From a virus: a DNA stretch of 64,000 nucleotides. The stretch spans positions 1-64,000 of IMG/VR virus record IMGVR_UViG_3300037264_006128, one strand, 5' to 3'. The notes under the pieces are model-generated. The model was not told the DNA's origin and did not search any database. It was given only the letters and a program-made list of their open reading frames with translations. Made by a program: the position numbers and the translations under genes. Within the stretch, counting starts at the first letter, position 1; the number at the start of each line of letters is the position of its first letter. Shown here piece by piece: positions 44,021 to 54,656 of this stretch.

Positions 44021-47000
44021 CAGCTATCCACTGCAAGCGTAACCGTGTACCCGTCGCCGAAGGTAACCTTCAGGTCCCCATCGGCCGTGTCTACAAAGAT
44101 GGTCGCTGTGCCTGCGATGGCAGCCGGTGCGGTTACGCCGTCCGTGATGCCCAAGACGCCCGCAGCCCCGCCAAGCCGCAACGCGAGGTTTGGGTGGGCA
44201 TTGATGTCAACGCCAAGGTGGTTGTCGATCCGAACCTGGTCCCCGTCTATGGTAACCACTTCGCTTCCGGCGGGATCGCCCAGATACGTACCGCCGTTGG
44301 CAATCTTGAACTTGTCCCCATCGCTGTTATCGACCCCGAGAACCCAATCGTAAGTTCCGGTGATGCAGAAGTGGATGTACGTGTCCGCATCGCTGTCGTT
44401 CTCGATCTTCATCCATGCGTGTTCGTTGGCCGTGTTCCGGTAGATGTGCAGCATGGACTCTGGCGTCGGCAGCACTGTTTCTGGGGTTAACAGCAGGGTG
44501 CCCGCCAAGAGGCTATCTTCCGTGCCCGTCTGTTTGATGCCCCATCGGTTTGTTGCCGTGCCCGTTACCGTGAATGCCGGAAGGAGGAGGCCAACAGCGT
44601 CCGTTGCTTCCCCCGCCACGGAAACCGCAGCTTCAACCCCAGCAAGAACAGCAACCACGCCACCTGTAGCCCCGGCGTACGCCCTGCCGTACACGCCAAC
44701 AACCTTTGCGGCGGTACCGCTGCCGTAGTGTAGGGCATATCCGTAGAGCCCGGAAAGATTCGGATAATTGCCTGCGGTAAGATCCATCGCGCACGCAACG
44801 GCGGACGCTGCCCGGCCTTGCACTCCCGTGAAACCAGCCACAGAAGCTGAAGCGGGGTCCGCTTCGACGCTAGCATAGGCCGCCGGTTCGAGAGTAGCCC
44901 CAATCGCGGTGTAAGATGCTGGCTCGACACTCAGAAAGCCGGGCCTCGTAGGGTACGACGTTGCATCGTGGACAACGACGGAACCCGTACCGCTTAAGAC
45001 CTCGAATCCCTTCGACGGCTTTACCGAACTGCCGAAAATCGTACGCCCCGCGAACACGTTGCACTGGTCCGTGCTCGGCTGGTAAATCCCGTAGTTGTTC
45101 GTTGCCGATGCGCCAAGGTCGTCTGCGATGTACACCCGGTAGGCGTTGGTCATCGTAGCGTTGTTAGTGATGCCGACGTACAGGCCGTAGGCGTCTGTGA
45201 TCGTACCGCTGCCGTCGTGGGTAACCTGGGCGTAGAGCGCGCGTAGGCGGTTAAGATCGCCGCTTCCCGTGGGCCAAATGTGGAAATAGCCTCCGTCCGA
45301 GTTGTAGCTGTCGCCAGATCCGGTAACTGTCAACGTGCCGCTGAACAGACGGAACGTTTCCCCCGCAGCAGCACCGGTGAGCGTTGCGGTGAGGTTTGAG
45401 ATGAAGGCGAAGGCGCTTGTGTGCTCGGATGGGGTAACATCGACACGTACCATGCCGTCGCTTTGGATGGCGCGATAAGCCTGGTCCCCCGCCACCACAT
45501 AGAGTGGAACGGTGGTAGAGGCTGCCGGCGTGGCAACTTTGAGTAGATAGTTCGAATCGCCAGTGCCTGCCGCCTCTTCGGTGACCACGAACCCTAACTG
45601 GTTGTCGTTGCCACTGAAGTTCCACCGCCACGTTTGGGTGTATGCCTCGCAGTCTATTGTGCTGGCTGCGGCGGCGTCCCCAAGCCCAGAAATGTACCCA
45701 AGCGGGCCTACTACCACACCAGCGTCGTCTTCTGTGTACAGCCCGTCTGACTTGAAGAACAACCGCCAGTGATCGGCATCGGGATCGCCAGCCGGGTTCC
45801 CCGCCAGTTCCCGCCACAGGATGGTGCGGTCATCTGGGATCGAGAAAACGTGGGTTGAGCCGTCTAGGATCTCCAGGTACCGGCCAACCCCATCGCTAGT
45901 AAGCCGCAACAACGGTTTGTCGTCTGTAACGTTGTCTGCGAAAATCTCCACGATCGCTTCTGCAGGTGCAGATGTGGAATCCCTGTAGAAATACCCAGCC
46001 CGCCCGGTTGTCGAACTGCCGTAAATCCCAGTACCAGATGCGCTGCTTCCGGTCGTGCCGACACCAATCGTTCCGGTTCCCTTCACGCCGCTCTTGCCGG
46101 CGGTGCTTGCGCTACCTACGATAGCGTCCTTGCCATCGCCGACGACGTTGAATTCCCCGCTGCCAGAGAATGCGTTGATGCAGACGCTTGCGGCATCGCC
46201 GTCAACAAAGAACAGCGGAGTTGCGCCCGTTCCGTACACGGCGAAGTCGTAGGCGGACTGTGTCGCGTTGACAACGAACGCGGTGTTCCCAACTGAGACG
46301 ATCTCGTCACTCCCGATATACGCATACAGTAAACCGGCGTCTGGGCTTGCTACCTTCAGAAGCAACGCCGCCTGCGTTGCGGTGGCATCCTGGTCTTCAA
46401 TCTGCACCACAGGTTCGGTTGGGGAACTTTGCGCCCGCAGAAAATACCCAGCCTGCACTGCGCCCCCGCTGGCCATGATGGTTGCGCCTAGATTGCCCGG
46501 CGTTGTGGCCGTTGCCCCATCCATCGCCGCCACGATCGCACCGTAGGCCGTACCGCCCTGCCCCAGGGCGTAGATTGCCGGCCGCGCGGTGCCCACAGAG
46601 GAAGCGTGAAATACCCCAAGTGCCGTGCCGGAAGCGTTCACGAACACCGCATTCGTGCCTGCGTCGATGTTGAAGGCGTACTCTAGGCCGGTTGTTTCGA
46701 CACGCAAGTTCCAATCAGCCCCAGCGTCGTTGAACACGGTGTCCGTTGTCGCCGGTTGCCGCAGGGCGTACTGCGTGTGGTCGTCGTCGGCAAGGCCGGC
46801 CAGATCCCCGTGGTGCACAACGCCGCCAGTCAGCACGGGGCCGACTTCCACGCCGGCATCGCTGACGTAGTACAATCCACCTGCCTTGAAGTACAACTTC
46901 CATTGGCCTGTACTTGGAACAACCGGCTTCGCGCCAATTTCGGTGACAAGTAAGCTGTGGGCGCCAAGCTGCAGGTCCCCGGCCATCACTCTGGTGCCGT

Positions 47001-47808
47001 CCGCGAGTACGTACTGCGAATGGTCGTCGTCGGCAAGGCCGGTCAGCCCCCCGTGGTCCGTTACGCCACCCCCGCCTGCACCAAGCGGCCCTATTTCCGC
47101 CCCGGTAGCGTCTTGGTAGTACAAACCGTCCGACTTGGCGTAGGCGAAGATCGATCCTGCGGCGGGATAAACTGCGGGGGTAGCGCGATTGTAAAGCTGA
47201 AGCGTACGGTTTGCGACACGCAGGTCTTCCTGAAGTGATCCAGCCCGCATCGAGGAGATCGCCAGGTAGGCATCCAGACCTGTGGCAATGTTCGCATCCT
47301 CCCATGCCCACACGAACTTCGCCGCAAGGTTGCTCGTTCCGCCGTCATCTTCCAAATACACAGGCAGGGCGCCACCGAACCCATCTTGGGCTGCGCCGGT
47401 CGTGTTCAGCTTCAGCGTCAGTAGGTCGTAGACTGCCGCAGTGCCGGCCACCTCCCGTTCGACAACCACGCCGTTCGAAACGGTCGTTGGGATGTTGATG
47501 GTAGTTGAACCGTCCGCGAGAACGTACTCGCTTCCCTGTTTTCCGTCGAGCAAGTCCGCATCTAGGCCAGTGTCGTGCCCATCCTGAAACGAGAGCGCCC
47601 ACAGCACATCCTCTGGGTCTAGGTTGGCCCCCGGGATGTAACTGCCGTCAAGCATTGGAATGCCATCGGTCGCGTTGCGGGCTGCGATGATGATGTTGAC
47701 GGCATCCACCAAATCAAGAAGGTCCTCCCTCGCATCGTCCGGGTCCTTGCTTGAATCGATCAGGTTGCTGCGGTTGATTGGGGCGGTTGGCCACGACATG
47801 ATGGGCAC
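44020..47808 (-). CDS. tail fibre protein
   Basis: follows the tail tip; DADLLDG; repeated HGxLxGLADDDHxQY and LYFKxxGLY modules. Confidence 0.85.
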   Translation of the reverse strand: MPIMSWPTAPINRSNLIDSSKDPDDAREDLLDLVDAVNIIIAARNATDGIPMLDGSYIPGANLDPEDVLWALSFQDGHDTGLDADLLDGKQGSEYVLADGSTTINIPTTVSNGVVVEREVAGTAAVYDLLTLKLNTTGAAQDGFGGALPVYLEDDGGTSNLAAKFVWAWEDANIATGLDAYLAISSMRAGSLQEDLRVANRTLQLYNRATPAVYPAAGSIFAYAKSDGLYYQDATGAEIGPLGAGGGGVTDHGGLTGLADDDHSQYVLADGTRVMAGDLQLGAHSLLVTEIGAKPVVPSTGQWKLYFKAGGLYYVSDAGVEVGPVLTGGVVHHGDLAGLADDDHTQYALRQPATTDTVFNDAGADWNLRVETTGLEYAFNIDAGTNAVFVNASGTALGVFHASSVGTARPAIYALGQGGTAYGAIVAAMDGATATTPGNLGATIMASGGAVQAGYFLRAQSSPTEPVVQIEDQDATATQAALLLKVASPDAGLLYAYIGSDEIVSVGNTAFVVNATQSAYDFAVYGTGATPLFFVDGDAASVCINAFSGSGEFNVVGDGKDAIVGSASTAGKSGVKGTGTIGVGTTGSSASGTGIYGSSTTGRAGYFYRDSTSAPAEAIVEIFADNVTDDKPLLRLTSDGVGRYLEILDGSTHVFSIPDDRTILWRELAGNPAGDPDADHWRLFFKSDGLYTEDDAGVVVGPLGYISGLGDAAAASTIDCEAYTQTWRWNFSGNDNQLGFVVTEEAAGTGDSNYLLKVATPAASTTVPLYVVAGDQAYRAIQSDGMVRVDVTPSEHTSAFAFISNLTATLTGAAAGETFRLFSGTLTVTGSGDSYNSDGGYFHIWPTGSGDLNRLRALYAQVTHDGSGTITDAYGLYVGITNNATMTNAYRVYIADDLGASATNNYGIYQPSTDQCNVFAGRTIFGSSVKPSKGFEVLSGTGSVVVHDATSYPTRPGFLSVEPASYTAIGATLEPAAYASVEADPASASVAGFTGVQGRAASAVACAMDLTAGNYPNLSGLYGYALHYGSGTAAKVVGVYGRAYAGATGGVVAVLAGVEAAVSVAGEATDAVGLLLPAFTVTGTATNRWGIKQTGTEDSLLAGTLLLTPETVLPTPESMLHIYRNTANEHAWMKIENDSDADTYIHFCITGTYDWVLGVDNSDGDKFKIANGGTYLGDPAGSEVVTIDGDQVRIDNHLGVDINAHPNLALRLGGAAGVLGITDGVTAPAAIAGTATIFVDTADGDLKVTFGDGYTVTLAVDS

Positions 47809-47826
47809 TCCTTTTGCTTTCTTCTA

Positions 47827-50800
47827 TCATACAACGGACGACGGACCTTCGATAGAAAGATCCACCTTCCCGCTGCACTCTTGGCCGGTTTGGGCATCGA
47901 ATAACTTCACCCGCACGCCATACGGCTCGCGGGCCACAATACGCGCCACAGCAATAGACTCCCCGGCCGCCGTTCCCTGAATAGCTGAAACCATCGCGGT
48001 AGTAACCGCACGAAACCGCCGCTTCGGTATGTACGTGAAGTCGCCGGATGAACATCGGGTGCCAAACCGGAATTTGAACTTCCTGATATACGGTCTGGGG
48101 AACTCGAATTCGCCCACCTCTGCGACGATGAAGATCCGAGCGTAGACCCTGTAGTTGAACAGGTCTTCGCCGTGCAACGCGCCATTGCGTTGGAATTCCT
48201 CAAACGGCAGCTCCCCATCGCACGCTTCACCGCCATACTCCATTGAAGTCCAGTCGTGCGTTACCTCTTCGGTTCCGTTCTCTTTGATGTGCGCCAGCTT
48301 GACATGCACGGCCATGAAAGCCTCAAGGCCCCCGGAAGCCTGCCAGTTCAACCTCGCACTCATTAGGCACTGGATCACATCGCAGTTGAACGGGGGGGGC
48401 AGCCAGGTACAATATCGCACTCGTGCTGGGCTTTGCATGGTAGCCATGTGCATCGCGTTTTTCGTGAGATCCCAAATCACCTCCCCATCTTCCTCTGAGC
48501 ATGGCCAGTAGCCCACTAACCCCGTCTCTGTGCCGTTGTGCACGGCCCAACAATCCGCGGCAACATCACCCTTCGACCTTGCGTAGTTCCACACCCGTAT
48601 TTCTTCGACGATCCCAGAGAAGTAATCACTTACCGTTCCTGGGGCAGGGGCAGGGCCACTGGGTGCCCCCGCACCGACCATGAATAGGGAGTCTGAAGGG
48701 TTGATGGTGAACGCTAGCTGATCTTTTTCGAACTGAAGCACGCCGTCGAGATACCCGCGGAACAAGCCACGCTCCTCATCGATCGCATCATATGTGTAGG
48801 CGATGGTGGTGGGCGCGAACCCTTCGTTCCCGATGTTCATCATGGAATACGGCTGCGGGTCGTCTCCGCTATGCCCCACGCAACAGAAGTCGATCACCCC
48901 ATTGCCTGCCATACCGTAACGAATCCGCCAGTCTGGGCCTTTCCCAACCAAAACCCCGCTGCTCAACCACGACAGTGGCCTAACCTTGATTTCGACGGTC
49001 CAACTGCCTGGAAGGCGCAGGTGGGGGGCGTCACTGGAAAACGCCCCCTGTTCCGCTGTCTCGTCAAGGTACAGGGACGGGTCGTGCTCCGGGCAGAGGC
49101 ACGCCTTTGGTTTTTGGTTGGTATCCGCGGCCCCGCTTTCGCCGTCCCCGGTGATATTGAAGGCATGTTCGAGCACGTGCGTGTTGCCGTGCGTTCCCGT
49201 GTTCCACTCGGAAGTATATTCGATGCGATAAGAAACCGCCCGAAGCAAGGAAGTGCCCCCTACGCCATCCGGTACGGTAGACATGCAATCGTTGGCAACT
49301 TCACGCACCGCGTTTTCAACCAAGTACATCGCCATGCGATTGATGCGGGAGGCCATCTGAGATTCGTCTTGCCTCCATCCGACCATTCTGAATTCCACGA
49401 AGCGAACGTCACCAAGATCCCCCAGGGGCTGGAAGACTCCGAACTCTCCCGTAGCCGAACGGCCACGCGCAAACACGAACACGAAGGCGTTCTCGCTTGA
49501 AATGTCGCATACGGCAGAAACGTTCGTATCTGTGCCAAGATCGATCTCGTGCGTGTACGAAAACGCATTCGCGGAAATTGGCCAACGCGGGAACGTCCCC
49601 CACGTATGCTCATCCCCACCCGCATCCGCCCACGTTCCGACACCACGGGCGAACAGCGCACCGCCTTCGGTGGAGCGCCGGCACCTGACAAGAGTGCCGG
49701 GCCAATTCATTTCACTCGCCTCTTCGGTGCGTACGATGTTCCTGTGTAAGGTGTCCTGCACTTCGACCACGATCGCCGTGGTGTTGTCACTCAAAAACCC
49801 CTGGGCATCCAAGGCGCGGATGTAAAAGGTGTACTCGCCTGGCGCGTTCGGGAACGGGGTGCTTACTTTGTTACCCTTTACGGTCAGGAAATTGCTTGCG
49901 TCTTCCCATTCGGTGTTGGGATCTGTGCCCAGGAGGCCATTGCGGTAGCGGATCTGATACCCCACCAGGTCGCTTGGTTCCGGCTCTGCCATCGACCATT
50001 CGAAGACGCGAGCGCCGTTCTGGATAGAGAACAGAAAGGAAGTCACGTCCGGCGGCCCGATGGTAAGGATGGTAGTTGAAACGTAGGCCCGCGCCGCGTG
50101 AATACTCTGGACCCCCATCTGGTTCACCGTCCAAACGTAAATGCGGTACATGCCCTGTTCCATGCCGCGAAATTCGTAGTGCCTCCCTGCCGTTTTTACA
50201 TGACTAGCACTCGCAGCCGGCTCCCCGATCTTGCGCAGACGGATATGGTAGTGCCCCACGTGCGTTCGGTCTGCTGGGGCATCCCAATCCAGGACTATCT
50301 TTGACGTTCGCTTTCCATCCGGCTGTACATGCGTAGCTTCTACCGCTACTAGGTTTGTTGGGGTACCGCACGTAAATGGGTTCGCCAGCGAAGTGTCAGG
50401 TGCGGCATCGCCAACGATCGCGTCTTGTTCCGTCCAGGCGTAGACGCTGTCGCTGTATTCGGTCAACTTGAGCGTCACCCCCGCATCTTCGGAGAATCGC
50501 CAATCCTGGACAAGGAACTCTTTTGGGGAATCCCCATCGACTCCCCACCCGAACGTAGTGCTAGTTACGCCAAGAACGTCCCCCTCCTTCACCGTGATCT
50601 TTTTCGGCTTAGCGACCGCTTCGCACACGATTCCCTGCCGCATCCTCTTCAGGTGGATTTGGGCAACGCGCTGCGCGCGGTACACGTCGTTGATGAAGGG
50701 GAAGTCCACATCTTGAACGTATTCGTGGCCACCATCTTCTTTCACATACTGATCTATCACCACCTTCGGAAATTCCGAACTTACCCACTGGTTCTGTGGG

Positions 50801-51951
50801 TCAATAAAGGTCCCCTTGATGGCGTTCACCTTGCCTTTGCGCCCCGGTTTCGGCAAGACCGAAATTGAGCCGCAAATATCATCCTCCGTAAGCTCCCCGA
50901 CTTCCCCATCGTACTGCGGATTCAGCTCCCCCCCCGTTCCAACGACGTACATTTCGCTCTCGTACGGCCTGCCGCAGCGGATCTGCCATTTGCCCTGAAC
51001 GAAGGAGATGGAACCTGCGGCAGAGGCGAGGAGGCTGGTGAGCACTTCTATCCGCGGGGTTGTAGTTTCCCACACCCCATCGATGGTGTACCGCGCCTGC
51101 GTCGTTACCGGGTCTGGGTCGGCAAGCGAATTCGCCTCAAGCAAACTCTGCGGAATGTCCACGGGTTGGTCGCAATAATCCGCTTCGGCCGCAATCTGCA
51201 CAAGGTCAAATTCTTCGATCGAAATGCCCATTCCGTACCGGGTGCTCGTCAAGAAGTCCAACACGCACAAGACCCAGTTGTTCGACCATGCCCAGGTTAC
51301 GTCATTAGATGAACTCTGCGTACCGTCCCTGGGGTCGTACACCAACCGGCCATCTATCGTTGCGGTGATATTCGGGGCCCCGGACGGAAACGATTCGGCG
51401 TTGAACTCCATACACATCCACAGATATGCAATCCCACGAAGCCTGTGCTTGGCAGTCCATAGATCCCCGCCATTCCAGTCCGTTTTGGGAATGGAGATTT
51501 CCGTTGACCCGATCTTTATCTTTGGGTCGATGGCTTCCTGGTCGGTTGTCCCCAGGAACGGGATGGCGATGGCCTTGTCCGCAAACATCGGATCGTCCAT
51601 GCTGGCCCCGTTGAACTGCACATCGTAAATACTTTGAATAGGGCCATCGGCCATAAGTAGGCACGAATGGAAATACTTCGCTCCGTTCGTCTCTACGCCG
51701 TCCTTGTCTGTTGTATCTGCAAATGCCAGCACACCGCTTGTTCTTACCGTTCCGTAAATGATCCGCGTGGGGGCAGCCGCATCACGTTGAATGTCGCTCA
51801 GGCCGAGGCGGGAAGAAGATGGCTTTTTCTTCGGGCGCGGCGCCAGGGCAGCGGAAACAAACTGAATCGTTGTCATAAGCAGGGCGGACGCGAAGATTGC
51901 CCCTGCCGGATGAGCCAAGAATGCCAAGAGGGCTACGCTTATTCCCGCCAT
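47827..51951 (-). CDS. tail tip / host-specificity protein (lambda J-like) with FN3 and LamG domains
   Basis: IIYG.VR.SG, LRGIAY, G..VYDPR, WS.N; LamG (IVEEIRVWNYARS...GLVGYW). Confidence 0.85.
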   Translation of the reverse strand: MAGISVALLAFLAHPAGAIFASALLMTTIQFVSAALAPRPKKKPSSSRLGLSDIQRDAAAPTRIIYGTVRTSGVLAFADTTDKDGVETNGAKYFHSCLLMADGPIQSIYDVQFNGASMDDPMFADKAIAIPFLGTTDQEAIDPKIKIGSTEISIPKTDWNGGDLWTAKHRLRGIAYLWMCMEFNAESFPSGAPNITATIDGRLVYDPRDGTQSSSNDVTWAWSNNWVLCVLDFLTSTRYGMGISIEEFDLVQIAAEADYCDQPVDIPQSLLEANSLADPDPVTTQARYTIDGVWETTTPRIEVLTSLLASAAGSISFVQGKWQIRCGRPYESEMYVVGTGGELNPQYDGEVGELTEDDICGSISVLPKPGRKGKVNAIKGTFIDPQNQWVSSEFPKVVIDQYVKEDGGHEYVQDVDFPFINDVYRAQRVAQIHLKRMRQGIVCEAVAKPKKITVKEGDVLGVTSTTFGWGVDGDSPKEFLVQDWRFSEDAGVTLKLTEYSDSVYAWTEQDAIVGDAAPDTSLANPFTCGTPTNLVAVEATHVQPDGKRTSKIVLDWDAPADRTHVGHYHIRLRKIGEPAASASHVKTAGRHYEFRGMEQGMYRIYVWTVNQMGVQSIHAARAYVSTTILTIGPPDVTSFLFSIQNGARVFEWSMAEPEPSDLVGYQIRYRNGLLGTDPNTEWEDASNFLTVKGNKVSTPFPNAPGEYTFYIRALDAQGFLSDNTTAIVVEVQDTLHRNIVRTEEASEMNWPGTLVRCRRSTEGGALFARGVGTWADAGGDEHTWGTFPRWPISANAFSYTHEIDLGTDTNVSAVCDISSENAFVFVFARGRSATGEFGVFQPLGDLGDVRFVEFRMVGWRQDESQMASRINRMAMYLVENAVREVANDCMSTVPDGVGGTSLLRAVSYRIEYTSEWNTGTHGNTHVLEHAFNITGDGESGAADTNQKPKACLCPEHDPSLYLDETAEQGAFSSDAPHLRLPGSWTVEIKVRPLSWLSSGVLVGKGPDWRIRYGMAGNGVIDFCCVGHSGDDPQPYSMMNIGNEGFAPTTIAYTYDAIDEERGLFRGYLDGVLQFEKDQLAFTINPSDSLFMVGAGAPSGPAPAPGTVSDYFSGIVEEIRVWNYARSKGDVAADCWAVHNGTETGLVGYWPCSEEDGEVIWDLTKNAMHMATMQSPARVRYCTWLPPPFNCDVIQCLMSARLNWQASGGLEAFMAVHVKLAHIKENGTEEVTHDWTSMEYGGEACDGELPFEEFQRNGALHGEDLFNYRVYARIFIVAEVGEFEFPRPYIRKFKFRFGTRCSSGDFTYIPKRRFRAVTTAMVSAIQGTAAGESIAVARIVAREPYGVRVKLFDAQTGQECSGKVDLSIEGPSSVV

Positions 51952-51953
51952 GA

Positions 51954-52415
51954 TCACCTCAACGGAAACACGCGGACACCCATGCGCAGGAGGGGGTTGA
52001 TGGGGATCGAACGCAAGCCGTCTGTGGCAAGGAAAATGCCCGCTTCGCCTACCGCGACCCCAAGCATCCCTATGGGGCCGCCATCGGGCAACCCGGGGCC
52101 GGCAGGGGGAATCAGCAAGATGTCCCCCGAACGTACGCACGCTGGATTCTTCATCGCTGGGGCCACAAGCGATTCGAGCATTTCGCCCAGATTCACCCAA
52201 CCGAATTGGGCCAGAATCGCGATCGCTTCCGCTTCGGTTGCGTACGGGGGAACGTTCAGGTGCTTGATGAAATCAACCCCACAGACTGCGCGAATCGCGC
52301 CGGCAGCCCACAATACGCAGTCGTGCACCCCGTACGCCAATTTGCGGTCCTGCGCCTCGTTGACGTAACGGATCAGTTCGGTTTCCCAGCCGGGCAATTT
52401 GCGGAGTAACACCAT
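51954..52415 (-). CDS. tail-tip NlpC/P60-like protein
   Basis: YG.HDC.LWAA.AI.A..G.D. Confidence 0.75.
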   Translation of the reverse strand: MVLLRKLPGWETELIRYVNEAQDRKLAYGVHDCVLWAAGAIRAVCGVDFIKHLNVPPYATEAEAIAILAQFGWVNLGEMLESLVAPAMKNPACVRSGDILLIPPAGPGLPDGGPIGMLGVAVGEAGIFLATDGLRSIPINPLLRMGVRVFPLR

Positions 52416-54656
52416 CTAGAATCCGCCACCCACACCGGGGGTGCTGACGCCACCTGGATACGAGGGCACCCCGCCGCCGGTTTCCCAATCCCCACCTTCG
52501 GATGCCACTTCGGTGGCAATCCTCCCTGGCCACCACAATTCCTTGTCCTTCATTACGGCGATAAACTCCAACCCCTTGTCGTCTGGAAATCGCCGACGCT
52601 GTTCTGCGTACGACCATCTCCTCGTAGCGGACGATTCCCATTCCGCGAATCTGGATTCGATCGTGACTGAAACAGCACCGCGTTCCTTTTCGATGGCGAT
52701 CGGCATGGTATCCATCTTGCCCTGGAACAAGAGAACCGGATCGGCAACCATCACGCCATCTTCGTCGAAGTACACCCCGTACAGCTTTGCCCCGCGATCC
52801 ATGTAGTGCTGGCCCAGCGCCAACGAAATGAAATCCGGGATTACACCGGAAAGCGTTAGCTTGATCGTTCGCGACTCCAAATCGGACGTTTCCTGTATCT
52901 CCCCATCAACACCACCGAAATTGCCAACCCCAATGTAGGTGTTGCCATCCCATGCGATGTCGAAGGGGGCGTTCGTGATGTGCAGCGTATCCCCCGCGTA
53001 CCCCAATGACATCGCCCGCGAAACGCGGAATGGGTAAAGTCTACCGCTCGGATCGTTCGGGATTCTCCTACCTGGCCACCCCTTTGGCGATTGGGTTCCC
53101 ATGACGAGCAGCCCCATAGGATCGTGCTGCCCGTAACAAATTGGCTCAAGCATGATCCCGTTGCTCGTTTTTGACCGTCTGCGCTCGCTCCTTGAACTGC
53201 CTTCGAAACTCCAATACGCTTTCAGCCCGATCAGTTCGAACCTGGCCACTTCCTGCGCCGTCAACGGCCTGCGTTGGCGGCTTCCAAGGCCGGTCACCCC
53301 ACGTTCGGAATTCCACAGGCGGATGTCCCCAATTTTCCCGTTCAAGAACCGAGTCGGCAGGGTTCCGGTTGGATCGCACCCGATCGTCAACGTTCCCCTT
53401 GTTTCGCAAATGAACCCTCGGCTTAACCGCCTCGTTCGCCACCCCCCGGTCTGGTAGGAGTCGCCCCACCATATCGTTTCGCCGGTTTCGGGATCCTTCA
53501 TCGATTGAGCGAAATCAGCCACGGTTGTAGATACGTAGGCAACGGACTTTCCATCAACAACGATCTGCGCCTGCGTTCCACTATGCACGAATGCGATGTG
53601 GTGCCATATGCCAATCTGAACCACGCCGGCTCGGCTGGAAAAGTGCATCCCACGGTGGCGTGCGCTAAGGGCACCCACGGTTGGGTGCGCCGGCCAGTAA
53701 AGGAACCGAGAGTCAACCCTGATAGACCCATCCGATTGGACGCGCAGCGAAGTGCCAATCGTCGGATCCCCATCGGGATCGTTTACCGTTGGCGGCCAAG
53801 CCCCCGCTGGTGAAGTTGTGCGCGGCGGCCCCTTCCAAAACCACAAAGCGATCGGATCGTTCGCAGCGGGGAGCGCGTTCAAGAAGACCCACATCTCGAC
53901 CGTCATTGCGGCATCTTCGGCCGTTGTGTACTGGATAGCTGTAGTGTCAATGTAATACTGGTCTATGGGTGCGCCCACGAAGGTCCACGCCCCTTCCTTT
54001 CCTCTCGACAACCACAGATCTCGCTCTGAATAACTCTGCCTCGCTACAAAGCAGGCGCCCGCGGGTGGGGTCGCAGTTGGGGATGGGGTAAACGCAGCCG
54101 CATTGTAGAATTTTGTAACCAGCTTGCCATCTTCAGGGTCGTTTGGGTTGGCCACAGCGATACATCCGTACAAGTCGCCATCTGCCCATTCGTCGTACGT
54201 CCGCTCTGTGTATTCCCTGGTGAGCACCTCGTCATTAGCGTTGACCATGACGGCCCGGATAGTAACGTAGTTGATCGCCAAGCCCGGGTATAGAAGCGTT
54301 ATCCGGGTACGAATGCTCGTGCCACCCAACGAATCGCCGATTTGGATGTTAGGCAGTGGCGCGGAAGTGACCCCAGTGCCGTGATCTAAGGAATACGACC
54401 ACCCGGCTTTTTCGGCTTCCACGATCGGGCTGTACCACGTTTCCCCATCGTAGCTGACTTCAACCATCTCGGCTGGTTGCTCTGTCCCCATCACAGATGG
54501 GATTGTTTTCCATTCGATCAGTGTGTCTGGTTCTCCCGGATGGGTGAGGCTTTCCCGCACCTTGCTGTCGAACTCCAGCTCCGCCATGAAGAAAAACTGC
54601 TGCCGCTTCTGTTCCTCTGCCGCTTCGACGGCAGCCGCTGTCATGTTTCGCGCCAT
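52416..54656 (-). CDS. tail hub / minor tail protein with a large LamG-containing insertion
   Basis: canonical N-terminal ELEFDS and C-terminal DI.WDG.TY.G.G...LF.G.MD...DKGLEF halves flank a LamG domain. Confidence 0.8.
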   Translation of the reverse strand: MARNMTAAAVEAAEEQKRQQFFFMAELEFDSKVRESLTHPGEPDTLIEWKTIPSVMGTEQPAEMVEVSYDGETWYSPIVEAEKAGWSYSLDHGTGVTSAPLPNIQIGDSLGGTSIRTRITLLYPGLAINYVTIRAVMVNANDEVLTREYTERTYDEWADGDLYGCIAVANPNDPEDGKLVTKFYNAAAFTPSPTATPPAGACFVARQSYSERDLWLSRGKEGAWTFVGAPIDQYYIDTTAIQYTTAEDAAMTVEMWVFLNALPAANDPIALWFWKGPPRTTSPAGAWPPTVNDPDGDPTIGTSLRVQSDGSIRVDSRFLYWPAHPTVGALSARHRGMHFSSRAGVVQIGIWHHIAFVHSGTQAQIVVDGKSVAYVSTTVADFAQSMKDPETGETIWWGDSYQTGGWRTRRLSRGFICETRGTLTIGCDPTGTLPTRFLNGKIGDIRLWNSERGVTGLGSRQRRPLTAQEVARFELIGLKAYWSFEGSSRSERRRSKTSNGIMLEPICYGQHDPMGLLVMGTQSPKGWPGRRIPNDPSGRLYPFRVSRAMSLGYAGDTLHITNAPFDIAWDGNTYIGVGNFGGVDGEIQETSDLESRTIKLTLSGVIPDFISLALGQHYMDRGAKLYGVYFDEDGVMVADPVLLFQGKMDTMPIAIEKERGAVSVTIESRFAEWESSATRRWSYAEQRRRFPDDKGLEFIAVMKDKELWWPGRIATEVASEGGDWETGGGVPSYPGGVSTPGVGGGF

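Noticed and set aside
52990-54560. Intein in the hub protein insertion
   Set aside because: No C/S...HN splice motifs; the insert contains a LamG domain
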